Shown here: piece after piece, positions 1 through 14,139 of the stretch
How positions within the stretch are numbered: the first letter of the stretch is position 1
Layout of the letters: every line of letters begins with the position of its first letter
From: Phoronis australis
Lineage: Eukaryota; Animalia; Phoronida
DNA: 64,000 nt
Direction: 5' to 3'
NCBI GenBank assembly: GCA_002633005.1
Contig: NMRA01000526.1
Location: forward strand, 1 to 64,000
Made by a program: the position numbers and the translations under genes
The notes under the pieces: generated by a model
The model's input: only the letters and a program-made list of their open reading frames with translations
Database searches by the model: none
What the model was told of the DNA's origin: nothing

Positions 1-349
1 GTGTCTCGCAAGCACTAAGTGTCTTAAGTTTCTGCTTTGTCTAAAGCATTAATTTTTACCATACATTTTGGGGATTTATTCATTTGATAAAATATCATAC
101 ATTTTTGACTGTCTCAGTAAAATCTCACCAATTTTAAACTGAGTATGTCCTCCCATTACAGGCCCTGGGAAACTTTATCATTTCTTCATGAAAGATGTGT
201 CGAACCAAATTAAAGCCTATCTTGACACTTGTAAGTTTGGATCCTACAGTATATTAAGAGCATCGCTCTGAGCCTACTAGTTCCATTAATTTCAAATGTA
301 ACGAACTGTTGGGCTTATTGGTTAGCTCTTGTCTACGTCAACGCGAGTA

Positions 350-1726
350 CCGTACTTGCCCTAATAAGTGCCCATGGTGCCTAGAAAATTCATTTCAGGA
401 GGGGAGCGCTTATTATAGCCTAAGGCAGTTGAAACCTGGTCTCTGAAACACGTGAAATCTTAAGCTAGAATTCATCAAATTTACACTCTGTGACATATTT
501 GTAACCTAATTTATGCAGACTTTCTACAAAATTGTGGTGCATTGCTATCATTATAGCTTCAAACTTGTTAAATTACGATCATTTTTCATTAAATATTTGC
601 TGAAACCCCAGGGCGAAAACTCGCCGACTGATGCATTGTTGCCTGGCAATCGTTGATAAAGCAACTTTAATTCTTGAATGAAAATACAGTTTCGACTCAA
701 CAAATTACCTGAAGTCCTTAAGTTTTCAAAATCGCGTCCCTAAGATTTTTAAGTTCCTGTGGATTCGGGATTAACTGCATATTAAGTCCAAATCTGTGCT
801 AGATCGTACTCCGTAACACGAGAAAATCTGGATGAACACATTATGTTGTTGTCACGTGAGGTTTGTTTTGAAGTTCATCTGTGTATTGTGTGAGTCAGCA
901 GTGAGCAGGTGCGTGCGTGTCATTTGCCAAATTAAACTCAATGTAACGATCTAGGTGTGCATTGTAACTAAAAAAATTAACACAAGCAGTAAAGCAGATT
1001 GTGTTTTATTTAGCACTTGTTGATCTCATCTGCTAAAAAGCGTTTGAAAATTATCTCGGTGAGTCGCCAGGTGACTGGATGCATGACAGTCTAACGGTTA
1101 TTTTCTGGGAGATTCGGGATATGTTAGGTTCGGAAATGTTCACTATCAGTGGTTTTAGTTTGACTCTGAAAACACCAATTATGATTAATTTAATATTTCC
1201 TCCTAAGAATAATGCGAACTTTTTATGGTATTAGAAACTTTCCAAAATTAGTGCCAATATTTATTTCTTGTCGATGCTATGCTACCCGTTTGATGAATAG
1301 ACTGTTCCCAAAGACTAATGTCTGTTGAGAGAGAGAAGATCTGTACGGTAAAGACACAATACAATCCCTTTGACAAATACGCTGTCTGTCCTGAAGAGCC
1401 AGGCCATAATGGGACGCATTCCTTGCAAGATCAGCAAAACTTGCATTCTTTTTGAAGCACGACGGAAGTTTGAAGTGTATGGTCACCGCTAAAAACCGAC
1501 ATTGCGGCAAGGCTCGTGGTCTACAAACTCCGCGCTCAATGACTTTTTTCAGGACTGTCAGATCTAATTGATAAATTGAAGCTGATGTTACTGTAGAATT
1601 TTAGAACTGTAGGTAAGGTATTTTTTGCATGTACAAGTTCATGGAATGGGCGCTTATCTTAGCGAAGCCTGAAAACACGTGAAGGGGTGCTTACAGGGGC
1701 ATGGGTGCTTATTCGGGCGAATACGG
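350..1726. mobile_element. Non-autonomous Tc1/mariner (pogo/Tigger-type, CCGTA-terminated) DNA transposon, ~1.38 kb, in an MTO1 intron
   Basis: Termini TA|CCGTACTTGCCCTAATAAG...CTTATTCGGGCGAATACGG|TA form an imperfect TIR with TA flanks. The interior aligns by eye, in reverse orientation, with the 52649-54021 copy. Confidence 0.85.
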
Positions 1727-2325
1727 TATCACCTTTTAATTCAAACAGCTGCGAATATCACCCGCATGCAGTTGTGTTCTAATCAGACCCCTATTCAATA
1801 CAACTGTTATCGACCTTTTGTTTGTGCAGGGATCACGGGGTGACGCAATATGGCGCGAAAAGGCAGCTTCACATTTGCCTTTATTTGCATGATTAAACTA
1901 GTGTTTTCTTATTTTCCCAAGGATTTTCTAGGAGTATCTGGTGAGACCAATACATCTAAATTTACAAAATTCCATTGAAGTTCGGCTTTAATGCTTTGCC
2001 ATTTTCAGGTTCTGCTTGATACCTACCACCAGACAATATTTTTAGAATTTGTCGACATCCCCAAAAATGTTAGAAATGCTTGAAATATGAAAAAAGCAGT
2101 TTGGGGAATCATTACCATCCAAAGTTGGTGTGTTTTACCCTACTGGCCATTCTAAAGACCTGTAGGCAGCTGATGTTGACAGGTAATGCCTTTGTTACCA
2201 TCTACTAAACTTACATGTTCACCCTGCAGGTCTTCGTTGGTCTATAAAACCACAATTACACCATATCATAATTCCTCATTCTTTGGATTTGTTGCTTGCA
2301 TAACTTTGCTGCTGTTTTCCCACAG

Positions 2326-5300
2326 GGCATCATTGCTGGGATCAATGCTGCCTTGAAGGTCCAATCCAACCCACCCTTCATTGTGGATAGGACTGAGGCT
2401 TACATTGGCGTACTTATTGACGACCTGACCACTCACGGAACGAATGAACCTTACAGGATGTTTACCAGTAGAGCAGAATTTCGGCTGTCACTCAGGCCAG
2501 ATAATGCAGACCTGCGACTCACTGCTAAGGGTTAGTTATTAACTAGCGCATGAAACAGGCATGAAATAAAGCATGCTTGTTGACAGTGGCATTTGGTGAT
2601 TTACAGTAAATGCTGATTATTTCTTTTGGCCGACTGGGCCAGTTTACCTGGGTTTACATTACAGAGCCTGTTCGGTCTCGCTCTACCATTCATCAGGGTA
2701 GTGATCCTTGGTTTATGTAACCGAATTAATTTACTGGTTCAAGCAAGGCCTTATAACAACAGATAATATTGTAAACGTTGGGGTTAATGCTCTGTGCACT
2801 TATTAAATTGGCGAGTCCGGAATTCTGAGGTGGGCGTTACCCAGAGCTAGGTGCTTAAATTTCCAGAAGGTGGGTGCTTACCAGTCCTGTACATGTGCTC
2901 TTAACGTGAGCTAGACAGTGACCCTGGCAATCTAATGTCTTCAAATTTGATGTTTGCTTACCTAAGAAAAGAATTTTCTTTTTGAAAAAATTAATTGAAG
3001 TTTTTTTTTTTGAAAAAAAATTAATTGAAGATAGAATGCTATGTCAATTTTGTCTGAATATAGTTTTGGTAAGTGTCAATTTCAACTATGCAACTGTTTT
3101 CAATGCTTTTCAGAAGTTACTAGCAGAATACAATGTCCCTAGTGACACTCATCACGTCCAACCTTCCCTACACTGTCACTTGCAATTGATACGGTGTCCG
3201 CATTTGAAAGCCTGTCTTACTATTTTGAGAATCAATTTCGTGAAGCAAATTACAGGTTGGCACTTGTCAGAGCTAACAGCTTAATTGAAAATCAAGTAGA
3301 TGGTGGGTTCTTAGCAGACCAGTGGACCTGTAAAAAATTCAAGAATAGGGCTCGACGATTGTGTGACCTTGGGCGTTAACCTAATAGCCAGAACATAAAG
3401 TTGACACAGTCAACTTTAACAAAAAACTGGCTAGGAATAGATTGCCTCAGCTTTACTGCTAGCCTATTCACTGCAAAGGTTTTGTAACGTTGTGTCGTAT
3501 TGGTCATGCGAATGTATCTCCTTATGGTCAAGAGCTACGACTTCTCACACACAGGACTTTCCTTTCTTTGAGATACTGCACTATGCGACTTTTTTTTTCT
3601 AATTTCTGCAGTTTTGCTTATTAACAGATTTAGCTCCCATCAATATTATGCAAAGCTTGAGCAGTAATTTTTATAATTTTAGCTTCAGTTTTTAAGTTAC
3701 CGTCTATATCCAGTGTAATAACCACGATAACATCCAAAACAGATTGAAGCTTCTTACATACGTGGCCATTACCCAAATGGCCATTACCCACATGGCCAGA
3801 TTTTTAAAGGGAAAGCAAGCGTTTTTGTCTTTACCTAATTTAAAATTGCTTGGAGACATTTTTTAAGTCTAAATCACTGTTTCCCTGACGTTTATTTACT
3901 ATCCCCTGAACAACAGAAAGGGAAAGTCAATGTAACTGCAAAATGCCTGCATATTTGTTCTGCATTCACTTGCATTGAGCAAACAGAAATGACTGACACA
4001 GGCTTTTTTCCAGAGCTATTAATACTTTGGGTTTGCTCCATGGAAGTGAACATAGAACTAAGATGTATCCTATTGTTATGCCTTGTACATCACACTCTAT
4101 TGTTCCATATTTTTAGAAAATGTCAAAAATGATTCTATTCCCCTTTAACCATCTGTTTTTAGAAGTTATATCCAAAACTGGTCCCTTTGTTCAGTAAGGT
4201 TTCCTGTATTAACTGTGTCATCTATTTGTTATCAGGTCACGCGGCAGGTTGTGTCAGTAGACAAAGGTACAACAGAGCAGTGTCCATGCACAGGCAGTTA
4301 GCCGATGGTATGGAGTTGTTAAAGTCGTACAAACAGTCTCAGTACAAGTGGAGGCAAGTGATGGGACTTCAACATAACAACAGTCCATCTTCGAAGAGGT
4401 AGGCCTTGTCTGATAATCAACGTAGCCTACTGCAGCTTTTAGTCTATTAACTTTTTAATGAGGATGATCTCATCAATGCTGTTAGCTGGATCCCATGGGA
4501 GCCGCTCAACACATTTACATCATACTTTTTTTCCATTTACACATTCAAGTTGAGACCAAACGCAAGAGGCAATCAGTGCAGTGCATCTTAATTTCCTTTC
4601 TGTGAATTCTGAAAACCAGTAATTAGTTACTGGGCATGTCACCAGCACTTTTACTTCATTAGTCTTGTAACTCTGGCTTTTCAAACATGACTTAAGATTT
4701 TTCTGGGCTTTTCAAACATGGCTTAATATTTCGCACCGTGTTTGAATACATGTTGGGTGAACGCTGATACTCAACTGTTGTAGGGACTATTCACAAATTG
4801 TAACCATTTTCACTTCAAAGCCTACAAACTCGCGAGGGATTGGAAGTGACAGCTCATGTGGGCCCGTTGCACTGATCACCTAGAACCATTTTTATGCGCA
4901 CAGATATTTATATGTAGACGCATTATGCCGTCATCCACGTCCGTCCATATCTTCAAAGGTCCTCAACGGATTGTCATGAAATTTGGAACATAGGCATCTA
5001 TTGGTGAAATGACGCAATCCTTCTGTTTTCAAATAGACTCGAGATGTTTTGTGCTACCTAGTGGCCATTTTTGCAGTTTTCAAGTCTGTTTTTGGCGTCC
5101 GCCCCTCTATCAACCAAACTATTTTAAGGATGATTTTGAAAATTTGCGTAATATTCTCAGTGTGAAGACAACAGTTGACGATGACGACTTTGACCACTGT
5201 GTCACCTCCTAGTGACAATTTTGTTTTGTTTTGCGCCCATAGCTGTTTCTGCTAAACCCACTGCAGAATCTTAAATTAATAAATTTTATTAATATGTGTA

Positions 5301-7917
5301 TTTTATATGAAGTTAACAACAGACGGCGACAACTTTCAGAGGGATACGACGAACGCTGTGCCCCCTAGTGGCAATTTCATTTTTTCCATCTTTTTTTTGT
5401 TTAGCTGAAGTTCCTTGGCTGATTTTTATGAAATTTATTAAACAACTCTATTAAAAATGATGGCATGTTCCCTATTTCGGATAGATTCTACGTATTTTGC
5501 GCCATTTTTATGATACAAATAAACAACCCTAGAAGCACACCGTTTGTGGTGCATTCGTGGGTGCATTTCAACGATTTGTGTCGCTCTTGTTACGCTTTAT
5601 TAATATATAGCTAAAACCAAGCTGAGGAGCTAGAGACCTGAGTCAAGATTGTAGCAGTGTGCCTCAGTGGGACTTTGAGTAAAGGAGGCAGACACTTCAG
5701 TAAGCCAATAGGCCACTCTGCCTTCTCTTGAAACTAATATAGTATATATCAATTGAATTATGTGTGATCAATTATAAATTAAAAAAGTATGCAAAATACG
5801 TGTGGTCATACGTGACTGTTGAAAGCAAGTATTTTTGTTGTGCCTGACACGATCTTTTGTTGGCTGTCATGTTTTCAGTTGAAGCAACTCTGGCATTGAC
5901 TGATAAGCTGCGGTTAATTAAATTTTAGTGTGTGAATAATTAATGTAACACTTATGACCGTATAGAAAGCATACAAGGACTACCGCCTTCTGCCAAGACA
6001 TTGCAGATCGCCATAATGTGTTTTCAAACATTTCTTCAACTTACGATCAAAACGTTTTACCAGAGCACGATCGAACTGTTTCAAGCTAGGTGTTCAGTTT
6101 GTAATGTGAGACAAATTCCAAGTATTCTTCATTAGACATTGACCACTTAAGGATCCCGTGTCATTAAGCTCACTCTCAGAACATCCAAGTTTTTCTTGAC
6201 ATCTTGAGATAACGGGATGCAGACAACCATCCAAAAATATGCAACAATATGTGAGAGTGTATAACACTTCATTAGTTCCCATTCATTGTTTTCTTATCCT
6301 GAAGGCTGTACTGAGAACTGTCTTGATGTGAATGGATGCTTTGGCAAAATATTTATCCTGTGAATTTATGAAAATATCGCTCATCAAAAAGTATTGCTCA
6401 GCAAATGAAAGCACACAATATTTAGTACTTAAAACCAAAGTGTTGGCATCAAAACTTGGACAAGGCTAGGCCGGCTCTAATTTTTCGATATTAATTTCAG
6501 GGCTGTGGACATATTGAGTGGTGCTAATATCAGCGTAGAAATGCTTGCCAGGGCAGTGCCTGATGTGTTTGGACACTTTGTGGAGGACCCTCGGTTTAGT
6601 ACCAGGATCAAAATAGAAGGTATGTAGTCATGAACATGCTGTTGACATGTACTGTATATGTAATATGTGTCGACATTTGTTTCTACCCACACCAGGTAAG
6701 ATGCAAGGAGGCATAATGGTCAGTCGATAAATAGCACGATATTCAAGTCTTGAGTTAAAAGATTCTAAATGTACTTTTCTGACAGTGTATCTTTAGCCCA
6801 AGGTACAGCTTTGAAATGCTATATTAATTGATTTTTTTCACTTTGTCTTTGAATGCTTTCTTTTTCAACAGTGTCAGTTTCCAACTGTTGCCTTGTAATG
6901 TTCTAAGATCAGACGTTATACCAAGTTGTTCACCCATTAATAGTCCAGACAAGTTTCTTCAATAAAACACAATCTTGCTGGAAAAGAAATTATTTAACCA
7001 AACTTCTCATTGAAAATAGGACGATAATTTTAATCACGATTAGCCTACTTTGTATTGTACAGCTGTCTTCAACCAAGATGTGAAAATCCAATAAGCCGTT
7101 AAAAAAATCAGAGATAGTTTCGGTAATTATTTTAGTAAGTTTGAACTTGAAGAAACTTCACTCAAATACTAAACATGAACCCCAGATTATTTTTACATGT
7201 TTTTTCTTATCTATCCGCCGTTGTCGTTTTCAGCCACATACCACTCTCAGCTACAAGACATGGAAGAGGAGATCCGTGAGGTTCGCCAAGATGAGGCGCT
7301 AGTGCTGCCTGATGACCTCGATTATACCAGTCTCAACATATCTAAGGAAGCTAGAGAGAAGCTGGCACATTCTCAACCTCAGACTGTACGTAACAGTGTA
7401 ACAACTAGTAGTTCAAGAGGGATTTTACATTACCATGGGGAATAATACTCATCATTTTATCTACTTTTAGGGTGGATGCAAAACGTTTAATCCATCATGA
7501 CGGGAACTTAATTTTGCCGTAGTATACTGCATTTAATTTTCAATGGGTTCTGCCTCTTGATATTCCAGAAAAAAACATTGACTAATTGTTTCTTGCAAAT
7601 CTATTCGGTCATCTCAGATAAGCAACAATCTTGGTCACATGCGTCTTTTGATAACAACAAACATGACCAGCCGACAGAATATCGCTGGTCTAAGCAAGCA
7701 CGGAAGAAACGTGGTCTATTGATGAGGTTGTCAATAACACTCTTGTCTTATGTTTTCTAATTTTGCACAAGTCGCTGTTGAAGTAATGCACCAGGTACTC
7801 TCCTTTTAGATTGCCGCAGCAAGTCGTATTCCGGGAATGACACCAGCGGCCATACTGACATTACTACGGTTTGTGAAGAGTAATTATGGTAACGTGGATC
7901 GAGCATCATACTTGTGA
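2326..7917 (+). CDS. MTO1: MTO1/GidA (MnmG) mitochondrial tRNA U34 modification enzyme, last five coding exons (5' part upstream of window)
   Basis: Exons 2326-2530, 4236-4398, 6501-6619, 7234-7385 and 7810-7917 all have AG/GT boundaries and consistent phases. Translation contains GIIAGINAA...[42 protein letters not shown] and the C-terminal LPDDLDY...SKEAREKL...[18 protein letters not shown], both GidA signatures. Stop TGA at 7915-7917. Confidence 0.95.
4889..5591 (-). mobile_element. Helentron-associated (HINE/DINE-like) non-autonomous repeat, reverse copy of the 55945-57489 family
   Basis: On the minus strand it starts AACAAGAGCGAC and ends with GGAC repeats, a hairpin and ATAAAAA. It shares CCACTAG-containing subrepeats with the 56-57 kb copy. 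Confidence 0.7.
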
Positions 7918-9425
7918 CAGCTGTAGTCATAGTAAGGAGGGGCTGAATATACTTTTGACTGTCTTTTGCGCACAACAAAATTTTGTAAGCAGTGTAACAC
8001 TTGCATTGAAAAGCTTCATGAGATCATGTAGATCAGATTATAGTCCAGAATATTCGTACTTCTGGCTAGGAGTGGAAACTGTTAGTGGTATCAATATTGG
8101 GTCCATATAGAATTCTTGTTCAGGCACCACAGTGATATTTATTGATGATAAAAAGAGCAGTAAAATGTTTTTGTTAATAGATGTGAAGTAAAGGTATTTT
8201 TTACCTGTACTAACTGTGCTTAGAGCATCCACCTGAAGGCAGGGCATTGGCTTCCCTCCATGAAAGTAAGACAACTGACAAAGTGAGAGGTTATCGGAGA
8301 TCGTGCAAATAGTGACTCAGTAATAGTGAAGAAACACATATTTTTAGCATTCTTTAAAAAAGCTTGCTCTCAATGTGGCTTTGATATTCATTTAAAATGT
8401 TACACGCTTGCTCAGTCAATCAACTCGGCCTTCTCTGGTTGGTATATCTGCAAATTCTTGCCAAGTTCTTTACGCCAGGAAGTGACTGCTTGTTTGGTGC
8501 AAGGCAGTTGTATTCTGTTCTCTTTGAGTTTTCAGCAAGCCTGTCTCATCAAAATACTTCACAAATACCAAGACTTAAAATTTCTCAGAAACCTTGACCC
8601 AGTTCCTCTTTCAGTGACATCCAGCTTCTACAAGGAAGCACTCTTTCATGATATATTAATGTCTTAAAATCAACGCTTGAACATTTATATCGAATGACAT
8701 TTGGTCGTGGTATTGATACCCTTCCTTTGCTATTGAAGTATTTTAAAAATCTCTTTTTTTCCTAATTTTTACTAAAAAGATATGGTTACATGACCCAGTT
8801 AATAGCAGATTCATAGGTATATTACATTGTCATCGGTATTGTGCCTGGTAAATGTCGCACATGAAATTATTTGGCGCATTGTCTAATCTGGCATTTTTTA
8901 TCTTAGACTAGTAACCATCTGATACATATAATATCTAATCCAGTTTTCTAGACCAAGCCTTCCTTCACAGTCAACCATATGGCAGATGTAATCTGCTTCT
9001 TTCTGTGATATGTTCTTAGTTAAAACTCATTACAAAATTCCACATGCTTTTGACATGTTCTAGTGATGTAGTGACACTGTCTTTAAAATGATGTTTGCAT
9101 TCTGAAAATGGAAATCATAATAGAGTGATATGTTTTCTTGAATTTCGTGTTGAAATTTAAGTTACTCAAAACTACAGGAGTTGACTGTTTACATTTAGTC
9201 ATTCTCTAATGGTCTTTATAAACACAGCACTGTACAACCAAAGTGAATAAAAGACCTTGCAATCAAACAAGAGTGAAAATTCAGTGGACATTTACTGACA
9301 AATAGTTTATTTTTCCACAACCTGTTTGTTCTTGTGATGTCTAAACCTATGGCCCACATGAACTTGGTGTTATAGGACTGACAAGAACTATCCGTTCTAC
9401 ATGTTTATTCGACACTAAAACTTAC

Positions 9426-9540
9426 AAGTAGCAAAATCTGTCCACAGCTATGGCCATCATTTTGTTATACAGATTTACTGTGAACAGCAGGCCACACCTC
9501 CTTTGATTTCATGTCAATGCTTCTTTCTTTCATGAATGTC
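9426..9540 (-). pseudogene. Ulp1/SENP-type (C48) cysteine protease exon remnant, probably transposon-borne
   Basis: AG/GT-bounded 115-nt exon translating TFMKERSIDMKSKEVWPAVHSKSV*QNDGHSCGQILLL. It carries the Q-x-D-x-x-x-C-G catalytic motif with one in-frame stop. Confidence 0.6.
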
Positions 9541-9719
9541 CTGAAATATAATGGGAAACGTGATGTTTCTATCCATTATCCTTAGTGTTTAACTTGTTCA
9601 GAAATTTGTTTTTGGCTTTGATTATTTTTCTGATTCCATGGGAATGGGTATAATTCTAATTTCTTTAAGCCTGTTTAACAGGCAACTGTTATGAAACAAT
9701 AACTTTAAATGTACTTATT

Positions 9720-10722
9720 TCTGCCGTGCTCTTTAAACACTACATATGCGGGCTTTTTCCGCCATTTGCCAGTGTACACAATGCCACGGTGAAGCCTCTT
9801 TTAGACCCTCCTGTTTAGGATATTCGAACATCTTGCTCACTACGAATGTTATTCCTTAAGCCATGTTACACAATAGTATATGTATTTCTTCTTCTGACAC
9901 AGTGTTCTCAGTTCCTGTCAGAACACTTTGATTTGTTCTGCGTAGTCTTCCAGCAGCTTTTGAGCTTCGTAAGTTCTTCTCCTGGTCCCCGTGTGATTTC
10001 TTTTCTTCCAACGCCGTAGCCATCCTGCAGCTGCTGAAAACTTCAGGTTTACGCTTGCACCCATTCCACGTGCAATTTCCAGTTCCTTTTCTTGCAAACC
10101 CTCGTTGGATATAGCTCACTCCTTTGCTGTCTCATCCAGTAGATACTGGAGTAACTTTGAATCAAGGTCTGTGTCAGATTTGCTGCTGCCCCGACGCCGT
10201 TTTGAGTTAGGAGGTGCACGTTGGTGAGCCATTCTTGCACTCTCTTTCAATAGACGTTAACTTCTTTTGCAGTTCTGGCAATCAGGCCGCCGTTTCTCCT
10301 ATGCCATTCTATAACTTCTAGTTTGGTTTTAACAGAAAAACTTTGTCTAGGCATGCTAAAGATGGGTACGATACAGTAAGATGGAATTAACATGTGTATC
10401 AAATTGTGTATTTCGCGGCTGAGATAACTTGGATCAACTGAGGAAAAGCTCAAGAAACACCTAACATTCAAAAGTAATCAACCCTGGCCAAGAAATAGAC
10501 ATGAAATGAAGAATTAAGATCAGAAGATGAATTAGTAAAGAAGTGCAGAAACGTAACACATGTAAAGTCCTAAGACCAACATATGTGTCCAAGAACAAAA
10601 TTATTGCAGAAAACACAACAGAACAAATGAAGTTGCAGTGAGTACACACAATTGTTCCTAAACTGTTGATTTGCAAAGCAATAATTAAATCCAAAGATGT
10701 TATATTTATGGAAATAACACGG
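9720..10722 (-). mobile_element. Degenerate pogo/Tigger-like transposon (Brinker-type HTH, CENP-B HTH and start of DDE_1), truncated
   Basis: ATG at 10354 gives MPRQSFSVKTKLEVIEWHRRNGGLIARTAKE. Frameshifted fragments follow: GWLRRWKKR, QKLLEDYAEQIKVF, GGSKRGFTVALC..ANG. Putative 5' TIR CCGTGTTATTTCCATAAATATAAC ends at 10722. Confidence 0.7.
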
Positions 10723-10724
10723 TG

Positions 10725-11816
10725 TTGCCCGTTATTGAGAAAGCTCGAACGAAAATACTAAGTTAACACTCAGGAGGCCTACGAACTGACTGTTCTAGCT
10801 AGGCCTAACCGCGATCATGATTTTGCGATAAAAAATATTTAAAAATCTCTATCACATACAATATCCTATGACAAATGTCAATTACAAACCAAAGGTCATC
10901 TCTGTTTCGATAAAAAATGTTACTTTACAAATCTTTCAAGAAAATCGGCAAGTCGGAGAACCAAAGACGAGAGAAAGTTCAGTCGCAACCAACATAAAAC
11001 AAAGTGGCGTCTTTGACGAATAACGAGTCACTGGGTTAATCTGTCATTTGTGCTTCAAAATGGGACTAATTTTAAGAAAATGTAAAATAATACAAACAAA
11101 ACAAACCTCCTTCAACAGCTATCGTCACTCCTGAGCTGCCTCGCAGGCCTTGATCCTGTCTGAAGAGACTTGTGGTTCCCCTGTAATCACGAACGCAAAA
11201 CGCAAAACTGACGGCTGTGCGTTTACTGTGCAGACTTGTAACCACCAAAATTGAAAACAGATGGAATTGCATCCTGCTTTAAGGTTTTCTTTCTGGTAGA
11301 TAACTTCAGCATTTCGCCCATCAAGTCCACTTCAAACGCGTCTTCAGTGAAGTGGTCACCACAGACCCGGGTGTGCTCAGTCACTGGTGGATTTTTCAAC
11401 TTCATAGCATTGAGCCACTTGGCCAATAGCAAGGTCTTCTTCAACGACAACCTGTGCATACTGACAGCCTTTTTGTTGTTCTTTATGGTTACGTTGGTGC
11501 ATCCCGAGGCCATGCAGAACGACATAGTTCCACTAGTACTTAACACAAAATGGCAGTAAACTATATATTACAGACTTTCGAGAGCCGAGAACGCAGGCGA
11601 CTTATACATGCAAAGCACAGTAGTGAGAGGCCTTCACCTATCTATGCTGCAGCCTCAGTGATGCGCATTAGCCAATACAAATTAAAATTGGAAAAACATT
11701 TTTTTACAAAATCTCGAAAGAATACCAAAATTGTGATTTCTTATACAGACTTCATTAATGTACTTGATTATATTAAAAATGCATGTTTTATACTTCAGGA
11801 ACTTTTGTCAGTTACT
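10725..11816 (-). mobile_element. Kolobok-like element fragment (one end) carrying a THAP domain
   Basis: The minus-strand end reads TTAA|AGTAACTGAC, matching the TTAA target and AG terminus known for Kolobok. A THAP ORF starts ~290 bp inside. The other end was not found, so the left boundary is approximate. Confidence 0.5.
11223..11525 (-). CDS. THAP zinc-finger domain ORF (transposon-derived, probably truncated)
   Basis: MSFCMASGCTN...HRL...KWL.AM...RVCGDHFTEDAF...LKQDAIPSVF is a complete C2CH THAP with AVP-box, followed shortly by a stop. Confidence 0.75.
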   Translation of the reverse strand: MSFCMASGCTNVTIKNNKKAVSMHRLSLKKTLLLAKWLNAMKLKNPPVTEHTRVCGDHFTEDAFEVDLMGEMLKLSTRKKTLKQDAIPSVFNFGGYKSAQ

Positions 11817-14139
11817 TTAATGTAAACTGATTTGATGTCAACCTCTTCATTGCTATTAGCAGTTTCCACAGAATACAGTAAAAATGTTACAACACTGAAA
11901 GGAACTAGTGAAATGGAGTAACAGTGAACAAGTGTGCCCATGTTTCACTTTAAGTACTAATTTATAAATTTCTCTTCCTGATATTTACATATACACACAT
12001 TTATTACATCGTATGTGCAAAACTGATGCCTTTTGTAGAGTAATTACATGACATCATTTAATGCTACTCTTTCCTTACATTTAGCACTTAAGAACAGAAG
12101 ACGAGTTTCATCAATCGAAAGATACTTTGAGTAAGGAAAGGGCTGAGGCAATAAATAGTCAAAATTAAGAGTTGGTTTAATTGAAGGAAGGCAGGTTTAT
12201 AGCAGCTTTAACAGCAATGACATTATCACATTAATAAACAAATTGAATTTCCAGTGCTAAAGTTTAGCCTGTACAACATCAAATGCATTTCACTGCAGTA
12301 ATTCTCAACACAACTGAAATGTAAATGCAAACTAGAGTTGCTGCATGACATGTTATTAATAGAAATATGTTTGAAGTCATGGGCACATTTATTTTAATTA
12401 CGTAGTCAATTCACACAACCACGTTGATCAACAAAAGCAAATGATGCTGGTGGATAGACTCAAAAAAACAAAGTTACATGAACACTTCAATTACAAGTCT
12501 GGTACTGTATCACAGTTCTGGAGTCACATGTAGGCAAACAGTTATCAAGTATTGTTGGTTTACATATGTAAAAAGTAAATTGTCAGACATATATGCTGTA
12601 CGGTAAATGAGTAAGATGAAAAATATAGCCGTATTGACAACAGTCACGTCAAACTACAGTCCAAAGGTAATTTTAAAATTAGTGTCAAATGTTCACTGAA
12701 GCAGTGATAGTTTCTTTTGATAGATCAAATAACATTTATTGTCATTGCAAAACCATTGACCGTCAAGGCAATGAACTGGGTGGCCCTGGAAGTCATGTGT
12801 CAAGTTTGTGCATGACTTGTTTTTCTCTCAAGCATCTGCTAATTATGGGCACCGGTGGCAGTGGAGTATAGACCTTTCTTAATCCTTGACAGCATAGTTC
12901 TTGGATTTCTCACCGAAGTACCTGTGTAGCCTGTAAGTGTTAAATATTGTGAAAAGTTACAATATAATTGAGCACTGAAACACTAAAACCAAAGATACAG
13001 TGCAAAGAAAAGCACCATTGGGTACAAGTAATGATAACTGCATCTATGCCACCGAATGAATGCTAGTATCAACAACTGTGAGAGGTTGCAAGTTAGAAAC
13101 ATGGTGCAAGAACTAATGCACGTATTGCCATTTGACTCTTGGTATAAATCTTCATCGTATCGTAACTTTTGATGGCCGTTGCAAAACACTTTATGGTTTA
13201 AGTGGATCCTAGAGTTCTAAGACTGGAAATTGAACTCATGGCAACATGGTTATGTCCCAAGTGCTTCTCAGCAGCCGTTACATGAATGTAACGTTACTGA
13301 AAACAAACACTTCCAGCATTTTATTTTTGAAGTTTTGGGAGGTTAAGTTTTTCAAAGTCTGGAAGTAAAAAAACGGCTTTCTTCTGGGGACATTTGACAA
13401 GAAAGGTACCTGGAGGATTTTCCATGATTTGGAGGACAGAGCTTTGTAAGAAACTTCAACAGAGTCTAAATTTGGAATAAATTTGAAATGGAGTGGTTTT
13501 GTGTGGTGTGACGCGATTGATATGGGGATTCAACCATGTGCGGAAATCAATAAGGCCTCGTTACTCTGTAGAATTTTGTATGACAGCCAGGAGCTCGGGG
13601 AATGTTTTGACATCATTTGCTTTCAAGGTCTGTGCAATCTTGCTAAGAGAAGCATCGATATCTTCATGCGTATGGCCAACTATGAGGAAGGAGAGATATG
13701 TCTAAAACAGTAAATGCAAAGCATAACTGGTTAACTCTTTAAACCTTCTCTGCATCACAAAAATTAAATTTTGGTTTTAGTCCAGTTACCATTACGAAAT
13801 TGGTATGAAATTATACCTTGGACACAATGTACCATAGGTGATTACAGGGATTTCTTACAACTGCTCAGACAGGTTGACTTGTCTCAGCGTGTCAACTTAT
13901 GTGCTGGGCATCGATTGTGTTGGATAATAATGAAAATCAGTTTGTTGTTAACTCAAAAATCAATGAGCTCGAGAAACTAATTCGCGAGATGGCGTTGTTG
14001 TAGTAAGGGACATCCGGTTTCTAAGCAACAGCTTCTCTCTCTCGCAGCGCACACGTATAAGTCGATATGACTCAGTCGATATAATTCACCGTTTTAATAG
14101 TAATTATCTACATCAGTTTGGAAATATTTATTGTCTGTC

